In this document: positions 19,427 to 28,417 of the stretch, piece by piece
How the letters are laid out: every line of letters begins with the position of its first letter
How positions within the stretch are numbered: the stretch's first letter is position 1
Assembly (NCBI GenBank): GCA_002723085.1
Contig: PBNK01000026.1
Span: 8,965-72,964 of the forward strand
Source: Crocinitomicaceae bacterium
Lineage (GTDB): Bacteria > Bacteroidota > Bacteroidia > Flavobacteriales_D > Parvicellaceae
Length of the DNA: 64,000 nt
Direction: 5' to 3'
Notes under the pieces: model-generated
Seen by the model: the letters and a program-made list of their open reading frames with translations, nothing else
Databases searched by the model: none
Told to the model about the DNA's origin: nothing
Translations under genes and position numbers: made by a program

Positions 19427-20955
19427 TTCCTATTTATTTTTAAACCATCAATTTTATATTCTTCTCCGTTTTTATATTGTGTTGTTATAATAAGAGTTCC
19501 TTCTTCATTATATTTTTTCCAATCTCCATTTTTTTCACCTCTTAAAAATGATCCTTCTTCCTTTTTTTTTCCATTAGAATAATAATATATATGTTCGTTA
19601 ATTGGTATATCATTTAAAAATTCACCATCAAAATATGTATTTCCGTTTACATATTTTGCTTTCCATTTTCCTGTTTTCATTCCATCCGCAAAAAATCCTA
19701 CTTCTTCATAGTCATTATAAATATATTTCCATGATCCTTCTTTTATTCCTTCAATATAATTTCCTTCCGTTATTACATTTCCTATACTATCATATTCAAT
19801 CACTTTTCCATTAACTTTACCTCTTCTGTATTCTTCTTTTCTTCTTATTTTTTCGTTTTCATACCACCATGTCCACAAACCTTCTGGTTTGCCATTTATA
19901 TAATTTCCTTTCTGCTCAATAACTTTATTTCTATAATAAAAAACCCACTCCCCTTTCTTTTTATTATTATCAAAATGTCCTTGTTTTTTTATTTCTCCAT
20001 TTTGATAATAATAAATCCAAAGACCATTTTTAGCTCCTAAGGTGTCAACAAAACCTGAAAAAACAATAGTGTCATTTTTATAAAATTCTTTCTTAATGAT
20101 TTTATTATTTTCATCATATACTTTAAATAATCCGTTTTTAATATTGTTTTTTATCACACCTTTAATTGTAAATCCTTCTTTATTTTTTGTTTTACTAATT
20201 TTAGTTTTTATTTTATTTTTTTCTTCTTTTTTTTGATCATTTACTACAATACTTACTCCTCCATTTTTATTATAAATTTTTGTTGCTCCGTTTAATTCAC
20301 CGTGAAAAAAAGTTTGTTTTGATTTAATTTTATTGTTAGGGTAAAAGGTTTTCCAGATTCCATGTTTTTTTAAATCACTATCATACCTGTTTATTTCTTC
20401 TTTTTTAATTATTATCCCCATATCATAATTGATTAGTGATATAATATTTCCTGAAGAATCATATTCTTTTGATAATCCGTTTTTTTGATTATTTAAATAA
20501 TTATACTGGAATTGTGTTTGATTGCTATTTTTAAATTTTATTTCTTCTTGACCGTTTTTGTTGTTATTTTTATATGTAGATGATTTTTTTAATAATCCTA
20601 AAGAGTCATAAGTGTTTGATTTTCCATTTTTTTCATTATTTATGTATTGCTCCTCCTTAATTAAAATACCTTTTATATTATAAAAAGCCCATTCACCATT
20701 TAATTGATTTGCCTTCCAACTTCCTTTAGATTTTATTTGTCCATTAGAGTAATAACTTATCCATTCTCCTTCTGGTAAATTATTAACCAAAAAACCTTCG
20801 CTAGAAAGAATTCCTTTTTCATTATACAGCTTAACATAATTAGAATCTTGACCTAATGAATAATTTATTTGAACAAAACATATATATAATAATATATATA
20901 TATATAATAGTTTATTATTATTAGCTTGTTGATATAGTATAAAACTTTTTACCAA
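19423..20955 (-). CDS. MORN-variant (YwqK-like) repeat protein with N-terminal signal/anchor
   Basis: It has many G.W..YY.NG.....G.y.n....G.W repeats in two blocks separated by a Lys-rich linker. There is no in-frame ATG near the 5' end, so the TTG at 20955 is the only start candidate. Confidence 0.7.
   Translation of the reverse strand: MVKSFILYQQANNNKLLYIYILLYICFVQINYSLGQDSNYVKLYNEKGILSSEGFLVNNLPEGEWISYYSNGQIKSKGSWKANQLNGEWAFYNIKGILIKEEQYINNEKNGKSNTYDSLGLLKKSSTYKNNNKNGQEEIKFKNSNQTQFQYNYLNNQKNGLSKEYDSSGNIISLINYDMGIIIKKEEINRYDSDLKKHGIWKTFYPNNKIKSKQTFFHGELNGATKIYNKNGGVSIVVNDQKKEEKNKIKTKISKTKNKEGFTIKGVIKNNIKNGLFKVYDENNKIIKKEFYKNDTIVFSGFVDTLGAKNGLWIYYYQNGEIKKQGHFDNNKKKGEWVFYYRNKVIEQKGNYINGKPEGLWTWWYENEKIRRKEEYRRGKVNGKVIEYDSIGNVITEGNYIEGIKEGSWKYIYNDYEEVGFFADGMKTGKWKAKYVNGNTYFDGEFLNDIPINEHIYYYSNGKKKEEGSFLRGEKNGDWKKYNEEGTLIITTQYKNGEEYKIDGLKINRK
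20892..20906. repeat. (AT)7A dinucleotide run inside the signal-peptide coding part of the MORN-repeat gene
   Basis: The run encodes LYIYIL; a second (TA)4 lies at 20881-20888. Confidence 0.8.
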
Positions 20956-21262
20956 AAAATTTTGTGTTTTAAGATATGAAATGTTGTCATTATTTTATTA
21001 ACAAAAAAGATAAATATATATTACTGCAAATCAATATTATATATAACATATTAACAAAAAACATTTTATCTAAATAAATTATTTTTGTGTAAACTTTGAT
21101 TAATATTAACATTTAATAAGTATCAAAAATATGTTCAAAAGCTATTTATTCTTTTTTTACTTTAAATTAGATTTTAATATTCTTTTTTATAAGCAACATA
21201 AAAATAAAATAACCAAATAAATATTTAACATTTTTATAAACCCTAATTAACAAGTTAATAAC

Positions 21263-21691
21263 ATGACAATAACAATAGGATGTGATCACGCGGGTGTTGA
21301 TTTAAAAAACCAAATTATTAATATTATAAATGAAAATCATGATGTTTATGATATAGGAACACATACATCAGAAAGTGTAGACTACCCAGATATAGCACAT
21401 AAAGCAATTGATAGGTTGTTAAATAATGAAGCAGAGAGAGTTATTTTGTTGTGTGGTTCGGGAAATGGTATAAACATGACAGCAAATAAACATAAAGGTG
21501 TAAGAAGTGCTTTGTGTTGGTCAGAGGAAATAGCGGTTTTAGCAAGGCAACACAATGATGCAAACACCCTTGCTTTACCAGCAAGATATTTAAACATTCA
21601 GGAAGCAAAAGATATTGTTTTAGCTTTTTTGTCAGTCTCTTTTGATGGAGGCAGACACCTTAAAAGAATAAATAAAATTAATTGTGCGTAA
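21263..21691 (+). CDS. rpiB: Ribose 5-phosphate isomerase B
   Basis: The 142-aa product has the IGCDHAG start and LCGSGNGINMTANK, a RpiB/LacAB family pattern. Confidence 0.9.
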   Translation: MTITIGCDHAGVDLKNQIINIINENHDVYDIGTHTSESVDYPDIAHKAIDRLLNNEAERVILLCGSGNGINMTANKHKGVRSALCWSEEIAVLARQHNDANTLALPARYLNIQEAKDIVLAFLSVSFDGGRHLKRINKINCA

Positions 21692-23141
21692 TTTATTTAT
21701 TTTTCCTTTTCTTTTTTTTACAGCTTGTTCTTTATTAAAACCTAATGAAATAATTGAATCAAATCAAGAGCAAGCACTCAAATACTCTAAGCAAATTTCT
21801 AAACAAGATTTATTTAAAGACTTAAGTGTTTTAGCTTCAGATTCTTTAGAAGGAAGGGAAACAGCAACAAAAGGACAGAAAAAGGCAGCTGAATATATAA
21901 AAAACCATTTTATTAAAAATAACATAAAGTCTGTTTTTGATACATCTTACTATCAACAATTTGAAGTAAATGTTTTCGATTTTACAAATGTTTCTTTAAA
22001 AATAAATAACAATGATTTAAAATTGGTGGATGATTTTTTTGTAATAGGATCTCCTAAAAAAACACAACAAAAAAACATTTCTGTTGTAGATGTTAATTAT
22101 GGTATAGAAAATAATAAAATAAACGACTATTTAAATAAAGATGTTAGTGGTAAGGTAGTAATGATGATGGATGGTCTACCAAAAAATATCCAAGATTATA
22201 ATATAATTGATGGCAACTGGAGAAATAAATTAAAAATAGCAGAGGAAAAAGGAGCAATTGCGATTTTGTTGGTTGTAAATAATTACGAAAAAGAAAACAA
22301 CAGAATTAAAGAACATATACTTTATCCAAGAATGAAAATGCATAATTCTAAAAAAGTTTACAAAAATGAAACACCTGTATTTTATATTTCTAAAAAAGTA
22401 AAATCATTAATTTTAAACAATAATAAAATTATATCATTTCATACATCTGTTAATAACATTACAAAAGCAGAAAATGTTTTGGGCTATATACCAGGAAAAA
22501 AGATTAATGAAGCGTTAGTTATATCAGCACATTACGACCACATAGGTTACGACCAAGGAGAAGTTTGTAATGGTGCAGATGATGATGGTTCTGGAACAGC
22601 AGCATTGTTAAGCATCTCAAAAGCATTTCAAAAAGCATATGAAGATGGTTATCAACCTGAAAGAAGCATTTTATTTTTAGCTGTATCTGGTGAAGAAAAA
22701 GGTCTTTGGGGGTCTAAGTTTTATACAGATAATCCATATTTCGAATTAGAAAAAACAATAGCTGATTTAAATATAGATATGGTAGGAAGAAGAGACACTA
22801 TTCAAAAAAATGATGATTATATCTATTTAATAGGGTCTGATAAAATTAGTAAAGACCTCCATCAAATAAATGAATCTATAAACAGCAAGCATATAGGTTT
22901 TAAATTAGATTATAGATATAATAAAGACAGTGACCCTAATAAATTTTATTATCGTTCTGATCATTATAACTTTGCAAAAAATAATATTCCAGTAATTTTT
23001 TATTTTGGTGGCCTACATGAAGATTATCATATGCCAACAGACGAAATTGATAAAATTAATTTTAATAAGTTAGAAAAAGTTGCTCAATATGTTTTTCTTA
23101 CCGCTTGGGAATTAGCAAATAGAGAAACAAAATTAAAATAA
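21684..23141 (+). CDS. M28 family zinc peptidase lipoprotein with PA-like insert
   Basis: It has a lipobox (FFTACS) and metal ligand motifs (SAHYDH, GADDDGSG, SGEEKGLWGS, DHY). It uses a GTG start. Confidence 0.85.
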   Translation: MRNLFIFPFLFFTACSLLKPNEIIESNQEQALKYSKQISKQDLFKDLSVLASDSLEGRETATKGQKKAAEYIKNHFIKNNIKSVFDTSYYQQFEVNVFDFTNVSLKINNNDLKLVDDFFVIGSPKKTQQKNISVVDVNYGIENNKINDYLNKDVSGKVVMMMDGLPKNIQDYNIIDGNWRNKLKIAEEKGAIAILLVVNNYEKENNRIKEHILYPRMKMHNSKKVYKNETPVFYISKKVKSLILNNNKIISFHTSVNNITKAENVLGYIPGKKINEALVISAHYDHIGYDQGEVCNGADDDGSGTAALLSISKAFQKAYEDGYQPERSILFLAVSGEEKGLWGSKFYTDNPYFELEKTIADLNIDMVGRRDTIQKNDDYIYLIGSDKISKDLHQINESINSKHIGFKLDYRYNKDSDPNKFYYRSDHYNFAKNNIPVIFYFGGLHEDYHMPTDEIDKINFNKLEKVAQYVFLTAWELANRETKLK

Positions 23142-23669
23142 ATGGAAGAAGTAATATTAGTTGATAAAAAAGATGGTGTTTTAGGATATATGGAGAAGCA
23201 AGAAGCTCATATTAAAGGATTAATGCATCGAGCTTTCTCTGTTTTTATTTTTAACTCTAATAATGAGCTTTTGTTACAAAAAAGAGCATCAGATAAATAT
23301 CATTCCGGAGGCCTTTGGACCAACACTTGTTGTAGCCACCCAAGAAAAGATGAAAATAATCTTTCAGCAGCCAATAGAAGACTGAAAGAGGAAATGGGAA
23401 TGGCGTGTAATTTAGAAAAGGTTTTTACTTTTACATATAAAGCACGACTAGATAAAGGCTTAACAGAACACGAGTTTGATCATGTTTTTTTTGGTTTTAC
23501 TAATCAAAAACCAAAAATTAATAAACAAGAAGTGGAGGATTTTAAATACATATCTATTAACGATTTAGAAGAGGCGGTTATTTTAAAACCTGAAGCATTT
23601 ACCGAGTGGTTTTTAATTTGTTTCCCAAAAGTCATCGAAAACATTAAAAAAATAATTAAAAGCAGATGA
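23142..23669 (+). CDS. idi: Isopentenyl-diphosphate delta-isomerase, type 1 (Nudix)
   Basis: Motifs HRAFSVFIFN, LWTNTCCSHP and EHEFDHVF match type 1 IDI. Confidence 0.85.
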   Translation: MEEVILVDKKDGVLGYMEKQEAHIKGLMHRAFSVFIFNSNNELLLQKRASDKYHSGGLWTNTCCSHPRKDENNLSAANRRLKEEMGMACNLEKVFTFTYKARLDKGLTEHEFDHVFFGFTNQKPKINKQEVEDFKYISINDLEEAVILKPEAFTEWFLICFPKVIENIKKIIKSR

Positions 23670-24649
23670 CAAAGATTGGTGTAATTGGAGGAGGAAGTTG
23701 GGGAACCGCATTAGTTAGTATATTAACCAATAATAAATCTAATATTTATTGGTGGATACGTTGTGAACAACACCTGATTAACATTACTGAAGAGAAAAGG
23801 AACAAGAAATACTTACCTAATTGTAATTTAGAAATATCGAAAATAAATTTAACTAACTCATTAAGAGACCTTATTAAATGTTGTGATGTATTAATAATTG
23901 CAACTCCTGCTGAATATATTTTAAAAACATTTGAAAACATTTCTAAAAAAGAAATTTTAAATAAATCAATTATTTCAGCAACTAAAGGTGTTATTCCACA
24001 AAAAAACTTAACTCCTTATAAATTCTTTAAGCAATTAAATAATGAACTAGATTATAGTGTTATTTCAGGACCTTGCCATGCCGAAGAAATAGCTATGTCT
24101 AGGAGAAGTTACTTAACTTTCTCATCATCCAATCCAGAAATCATCAAGAATATAACCCCCTTAATTTCAAATAGCTTTGTGTCTGTTAAACAATCTCAAG
24201 ATGTTATTGGAACAGAACTATCAGCTATTTTAAAAAACATTTACGCTTTATTAGTAGGTGTTTGTCACGGATTAGGATACGGAGATAATTTTCTTTCTGT
24301 ATTGATTTCTTCAAGCGCATCAGAGCTGGGTAACATTATAAATCATGTTGATCCTAAACAAAGAAACATAACCCATTCGGCTTACTTAGGAGACTTGTTA
24401 GTGACATCTTATTCTCTTCATAGTCGAAATAGGAAATTTGGAAACTTTATAGGAAGAGGATATTCCGTTAATAATACAAAATCTTCTATGAACATGGTTG
24501 CAGAGGGATATAATGCTACGAAATGCATATATGAACTTTTAGAAAAAGAAGTTAAAAACTATCCAATCCTTGAAACCACATATAAAATATTATATAAAAG
24601 CTTATCGCCAAAAAATCAAATTAAAAATCTAGAAAACATAATCTCCTGA
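23666..24649 (+). CDS. gpsA: NAD(P)H-dependent glycerol-3-phosphate dehydrogenase
   Basis: It has the N-terminal IGGGSWGTAL, plus GPCHAEE and LKNIYAL motifs. Confidence 0.9.
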   Translation: MTKIGVIGGGSWGTALVSILTNNKSNIYWWIRCEQHLINITEEKRNKKYLPNCNLEISKINLTNSLRDLIKCCDVLIIATPAEYILKTFENISKKEILNKSIISATKGVIPQKNLTPYKFFKQLNNELDYSVISGPCHAEEIAMSRRSYLTFSSSNPEIIKNITPLISNSFVSVKQSQDVIGTELSAILKNIYALLVGVCHGLGYGDNFLSVLISSSASELGNIINHVDPKQRNITHSAYLGDLLVTSYSLHSRNRKFGNFIGRGYSVNNTKSSMNMVAEGYNATKCIYELLEKEVKNYPILETTYKILYKSLSPKNQIKNLENIIS

Positions 24650-24744
24650 AAACCAACAACTTACAAAAACCCCAAGAAAGAGCTTTAGAGGACATTTCAA
24701 TAAATAACACACTTACATGTTCGCGGTTTAGCCTAAAACCCCTT

Positions 24745-24768
24745 AAAACGCTTTATAATGCGTTTTTT
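24745..24768 (+). terminator. Candidate intrinsic terminator hairpin downstream of gpsA
   Basis: AAAACGC (24745-24751) pairs with GCGTTTT (24760-24766) around an 8-nt loop, followed by additional Ts. It overlaps the stop codon of the convergent methyltransferase gene. Confidence 0.35.
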
Positions 24769-25649
24769 CTTAAAACATATATATGACTAGAAAATTCTCC
24801 AGTTTTTTTGCCTTTTAAATTAGAAACAAAACCCCGCCATAATCCAAAAAGCTTAGACCTTCCTTTTTTCTTTTGACTTAACATGCTTATATAAAAAGAA
24901 TCAAAAACAAGGGGAAAAACTTTTTCAAGAACGAATCCATGTTTTTTAGCTAATTTTTTTATATCGTTTTTTGTGAAGTGATATAAGTGAATTGGAAGGT
25001 CCCAAGCAACCCAGTTTTCTTTATAATGTTTGGCGTCATGGGAATTACAATTGGGAAGGCCTAACATTATTATTCCGTTTTTCTTTAGAACTTTTTGAAA
25101 CTGATTTAAATATTTATTTAAATCATAAACATGTTCTAGCACATGCCACAAGGTAATAACATTAAATGTTTCTTCTTCAAAAGAAAAAAAAGAAGAAACA
25201 TTTTTAATAGAAAGATTGTAATTTTTTTGAGCAAATTCAGCTGCTTTTTTTTCAGGTTCAACACCAACAACTTTCCATTTCTTTTTTTGGCAATAATTTA
25301 AAAACTCACCAGTGCCAGAACCAAAGTCTAGTAGTGTTGTATCTTTATTATTAAATAGAGAAATTAATCTTTCCTTTTTCTTTAATTGATAGTTTCTGAT
25401 CAAATGATAAACAAAATTAAACAGCCCTTTTTTAGATGAAGTATGAGAAATGTATTCATTGCTTTGATAATATTTTCCTATTGTTTTTTCAGAAGGTTTA
25501 GGATTAGTAAACCTAAAACCACATGAACAACACTCCACAACAGTAAAAATGTCGTTACTTACGTTATGATCTTTTGCAGAAATGAAATGCTTAAAAGCTT
25601 TTTCATCGCAAACAGGACAGGTTAATATATTTTGTAAATCGTGTTTCAC
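24753..25649 (-). CDS. Class I SAM-dependent methyltransferase with N-terminal zinc ribbon
   Basis: It has a CPVC...CCSC zinc ribbon, then LLDFGSGTGEF (motif I). Only a GTG start is available after the upstream in-frame stop. Confidence 0.8.
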   Translation of the reverse strand: MKHDLQNILTCPVCDEKAFKHFISAKDHNVSNDIFTVVECCSCGFRFTNPKPSEKTIGKYYQSNEYISHTSSKKGLFNFVYHLIRNYQLKKKERLISLFNNKDTTLLDFGSGTGEFLNYCQKKKWKVVGVEPEKKAAEFAQKNYNLSIKNVSSFFSFEEETFNVITLWHVLEHVYDLNKYLNQFQKVLKKNGIIMLGLPNCNSHDAKHYKENWVAWDLPIHLYHFTKNDIKKLAKKHGFVLEKVFPLVFDSFYISMLSQKKKGRSKLFGLWRGFVSNLKGKKTGEFSSHIYVLRKNAL

Positions 25650-25656
25650 GTGGAAC
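25641..25656. promoter_or_regulatory. Copy 1 of an identical 16-mer, GTGTTTCACGTGGAAC (near-palindrome with CACGTG core)
   Basis: It sits in the 9-nt gap after the mnmG stop and covers the GTG start of the methyltransferase gene. Confidence 0.4.
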
Positions 25657-25658
25657 TA

Positions 25659-27530
25659 TTACCGACCTAAATAAATTAATAATATGCTTATATCAGAAGG
25701 TTTTATACCGCTTATTCTAGCTGCTTGCCCAATATTTGTAGGCTTAATTTTATTAAGTTTCTCTTTAGACTCTGTGGATAGCGAAGAAAATTTAAAATAA
25801 TTAATATCTTCAGGAATATTAACATGTTCAAGTCTTTTTAATTTATCAGCATTTTCTTTTTCCCTTTGTATGTAACCATTATATTTAATATTAATCTCTG
25901 TTTGTTCTAGTACATCATCTTTTAAAACTAATTTGTTTTTAATTTGCTGTAATTCTTTAGAGCAATTAACAACATCTCTTATGTTTATATTAGGCCTTGA
26001 AAGAACTGAAATTGCCTTTACTTTCTGAGCTAATTCCTTAGATTTTTTTTCTCTTAACAATGGGTTTATGTCAGAAGGCCTTAATGAGGTTTTTTTAATG
26101 TCTTTCATTAAAGAGTTACTTTCCTTAATTTTCATCAAAACACGGTTATATTTTTCATTGCTTAGAAGCCCAATTTCATTTCCTATTTTACTTAAGCGCA
26201 AATCAGCGTTGTCTTGTCTTAATAATATTCTGTACTCTGCTCTAGAAGTAAACATCCTATATGGCTCTTCTGTTCCTTTTGTAATAAGATCATCTATAAG
26301 AACACCAATGTAAGCCTGATCTCTAGAAAGTATTAAAGGTTCTTTTTCGTTTATTTTTAAATGCGCATTTATTCCTGCCATTATTCCTTGTCCCGCAGCT
26401 TCTTCATATCCTGTGGTTCCGTTAATTTGACCACTGAAAAAAAGATTTTCTATTAACTTTGTTTCAAGTGAGTGTTTAAGCTGAGTAGGAGGAAAATAAT
26501 CGTATTCTACAGCATATCCAGGTCTGAACATTTTTGCCTTTTCAAAGCCTGGTATTGTTTGCATGCTTTTTAATTGAATTTCTTCTGGCAAACTACTAGA
26601 AAAACCATTAATATAAAACTCAATAGTGTTCCAACCTTCAGGCTCAGCAAATATTTGATGTCTGGGCCTATGACTAAACCGGTTAATTTTATCTTCAATT
26701 GATGGACAATATCTAGGCCCTAAAGATTTAATTGCCCCATTAAATAAGGGGCTTCTTTCAAATCCTGACCTTAGAATATCATGGGTTTTATCATTAGTAT
26801 AAGTTATAAAACAACTTTTTTGTTTAATTAATGGGCGTGTATCATCAAAAAAAGAAAACTTTCCCGGGTTATCATCACCGGGTTGTTCTTCCATTTTTTT
26901 AAAATTTAAACTTCTCCCATCTACCCTTGGGGGGGTCCCCGTTTTCATTCTACCCGACTTAAAACCTAGATTTTCTAATTGTTCTGTTATACCACAAGAA
27001 GATTTGTCGCCCATTCTTCCTCCACCAAATTTTTTTTCCCCTAAATGAATAGAACCATTTAGAAATGTGCCGCTATTTAAAACTACACTTTTAGCTTTAA
27101 TTTTAACCCCCATTGCCGTTTCAACACCAACAACTTTATTTTTTTTAACAATTACACCAGTAACCATGTCTTGCCAAAAATCTAAATTTTTAATAGCCTC
27201 TAAATGTTCTCGCCAGAAGTTACTAAATAGTTTTCTATCACATTGAGCTCTAGGGCTCCACATAGCAGGCCCTTTTGACCGATTAAGTAACTTAAACTGT
27301 ATGGCGCTTAAGTCTGTTATTTTTCCTGTTAAACCACCTAAAGCATCTATTTCTCTTACAATTTGTCCTTTAGCTATTCCACCAATAGCAGGGTTACAAC
27401 TCATTTGTCCTATAGTTTCCATGTTCATGGTAACCATTAAAACAGAAGACCCAAGGTTTGCAGCAGCAGCAGCAGCTTCGTTGCCCGCATGACCAGCACC
27501 AACTACAACTACATCATATTCTTTAAGCAT
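25659..27530 (-). CDS. mnmG: tRNA uridine-5-carboxymethylaminomethyl(34) synthesis enzyme MnmG (GidA)
   Basis: The 623-aa product starts YDVVVVGAGHAGNEAA, and the GidA pattern holds throughout. Confidence 0.97.
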   Translation of the reverse strand: MLKEYDVVVVGAGHAGNEAAAAAANLGSSVLMVTMNMETIGQMSCNPAIGGIAKGQIVREIDALGGLTGKITDLSAIQFKLLNRSKGPAMWSPRAQCDRKLFSNFWREHLEAIKNLDFWQDMVTGVIVKKNKVVGVETAMGVKIKAKSVVLNSGTFLNGSIHLGEKKFGGGRMGDKSSCGITEQLENLGFKSGRMKTGTPPRVDGRSLNFKKMEEQPGDDNPGKFSFFDDTRPLIKQKSCFITYTNDKTHDILRSGFERSPLFNGAIKSLGPRYCPSIEDKINRFSHRPRHQIFAEPEGWNTIEFYINGFSSSLPEEIQLKSMQTIPGFEKAKMFRPGYAVEYDYFPPTQLKHSLETKLIENLFFSGQINGTTGYEEAAGQGIMAGINAHLKINEKEPLILSRDQAYIGVLIDDLITKGTEEPYRMFTSRAEYRILLRQDNADLRLSKIGNEIGLLSNEKYNRVLMKIKESNSLMKDIKKTSLRPSDINPLLREKKSKELAQKVKAISVLSRPNINIRDVVNCSKELQQIKNKLVLKDDVLEQTEINIKYNGYIQREKENADKLKRLEHVNIPEDINYFKFSSLSTESKEKLNKIKPTNIGQAARISGIKPSDISILLIYLGR

Positions 27531-27534
27531 AAAT

Positions 27535-27550
27535 GTGTTTCACGTGGAAC
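27535..27550. promoter_or_regulatory. Copy 2 of the identical 16-mer GTGTTTCACGTGGAAC
   Basis: It lies in the 38-nt ybeY-mnmG spacer and ends 4 nt before the mnmG ATG. Confidence 0.4.
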
Positions 27551-27568
27551 AATATAAACATCTGATAA

Positions 27569-27985
27569 TCAATAAATTAACAAAAGCATTTCATTTTCTT
27601 TAGCTCTTATTTTTTTAATTTCTTCGTTAGTTTTATCATTAAAACCACACAAATGTAAGACACCATGAACAATTACTCTATACAACTCATCTAAAAAATC
27701 AATGTTCAATTTTTTAGCATTATCTACTATTCTTGTTATAGAGATAAAAAGATCACCAGAAATTTTTTGTTTTTGAGAGTAATCGAATGTAATGATGTCA
27801 GTATAATAATCATGATTAAGGTATGTTTTATTAATGGCTAACAAATAATCATCATTACAAAAAATAACATTAATATCCCCACATTTTTTATTTTGAAGAC
27901 TAATGCATTTTTCTAACCAAGATTTTGTTTTTTCTGAATTAGGAAGACTATAATCAACCCCATCAGAATGAAATAAAACTCCCAT
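27569..27985 (-). CDS. ybeY: rRNA maturation endoribonuclease YbeY
   Basis: The 138-aa product has the HGVLHLCGFND zinc-binding motif. Confidence 0.9.
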   Translation of the reverse strand: MGVLFHSDGVDYSLPNSEKTKSWLEKCISLQNKKCGDINVIFCNDDYLLAINKTYLNHDYYTDIITFDYSQKQKISGDLFISITRIVDNAKKLNIDFLDELYRVIVHGVLHLCGFNDKTNEEIKKIRAKENEMLLLIY

Positions 27986-27993
27986 TCACGTTT

Positions 27994-28410
27994 TTAAAGT
28001 TCAAATATAATTTCTACAAAAGATCCCTCATTGTGGAAAATAACATCATCAGAAAGATGCCTCATTAGGAAAATTCCTCTGCCGTCAGGAGTTTCTATAT
28101 TTTCTGGGTCTGTAGGGTCAGGTAAATTATTAAAGTCAAAACCAACCCCTTCATCTTTAACATAAAAAGTCAATGAATGATTGTTTACTTTATAAGAAAC
28201 CACAGTTTTTTTATTAATATCATTTAAATTACCATGTATTATAGCGTTGTTAACAGCTTCTGTTACAGCAATCAAAACGTTCCCATACTTTTCAGAGCTT
28301 ATGGTGTGTTTTTCACAAAGAAGATTAATCCATTTTTCTAGAATTAATAAGCTTTTACTTTCAGAACTTAATAAAAGTTCATTTAAAATAGAATCAACAG
28401 TGTTAGGCAT
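27994..28410 (-). CDS. RsbW/SpoIIAB-like GHKL ATPase (anti-sigma-factor-type serine kinase)
   Basis: The 138-aa product has an N-box (EAVNNAIIHG), G1 (VKDEGVGF) and G2 (GRGIFLM). Confidence 0.75.
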   Translation of the reverse strand: MPNTVDSILNELLLSSESKSLLILEKWINLLCEKHTISSEKYGNVLIAVTEAVNNAIIHGNLNDINKKTVVSYKVNNHSLTFYVKDEGVGFDFNNLPDPTDPENIETPDGRGIFLMRHLSDDVIFHNEGSFVEIIFEL

Positions 28411-28417
28411 ATTTTGA

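Noticed and set aside
19423-20955. A toxin-antitoxin interpretation, because MORN-variant proteins are often auto-annotated as YwqK family antitoxin.
   Set aside because: The protein is 510 aa with a signal or anchor sequence and many repeats. No toxin-like partner is adjacent, so the antitoxin label would be only a naming artefact.
20976-21077. A 33-codon ORF (MKCCHYFINKK...) in the long AT-rich spacer.
   Set aside because: It has no promoter box in front of it, its composition is indistinguishable from the random AT-rich spacer, and its length is what chance would give there.
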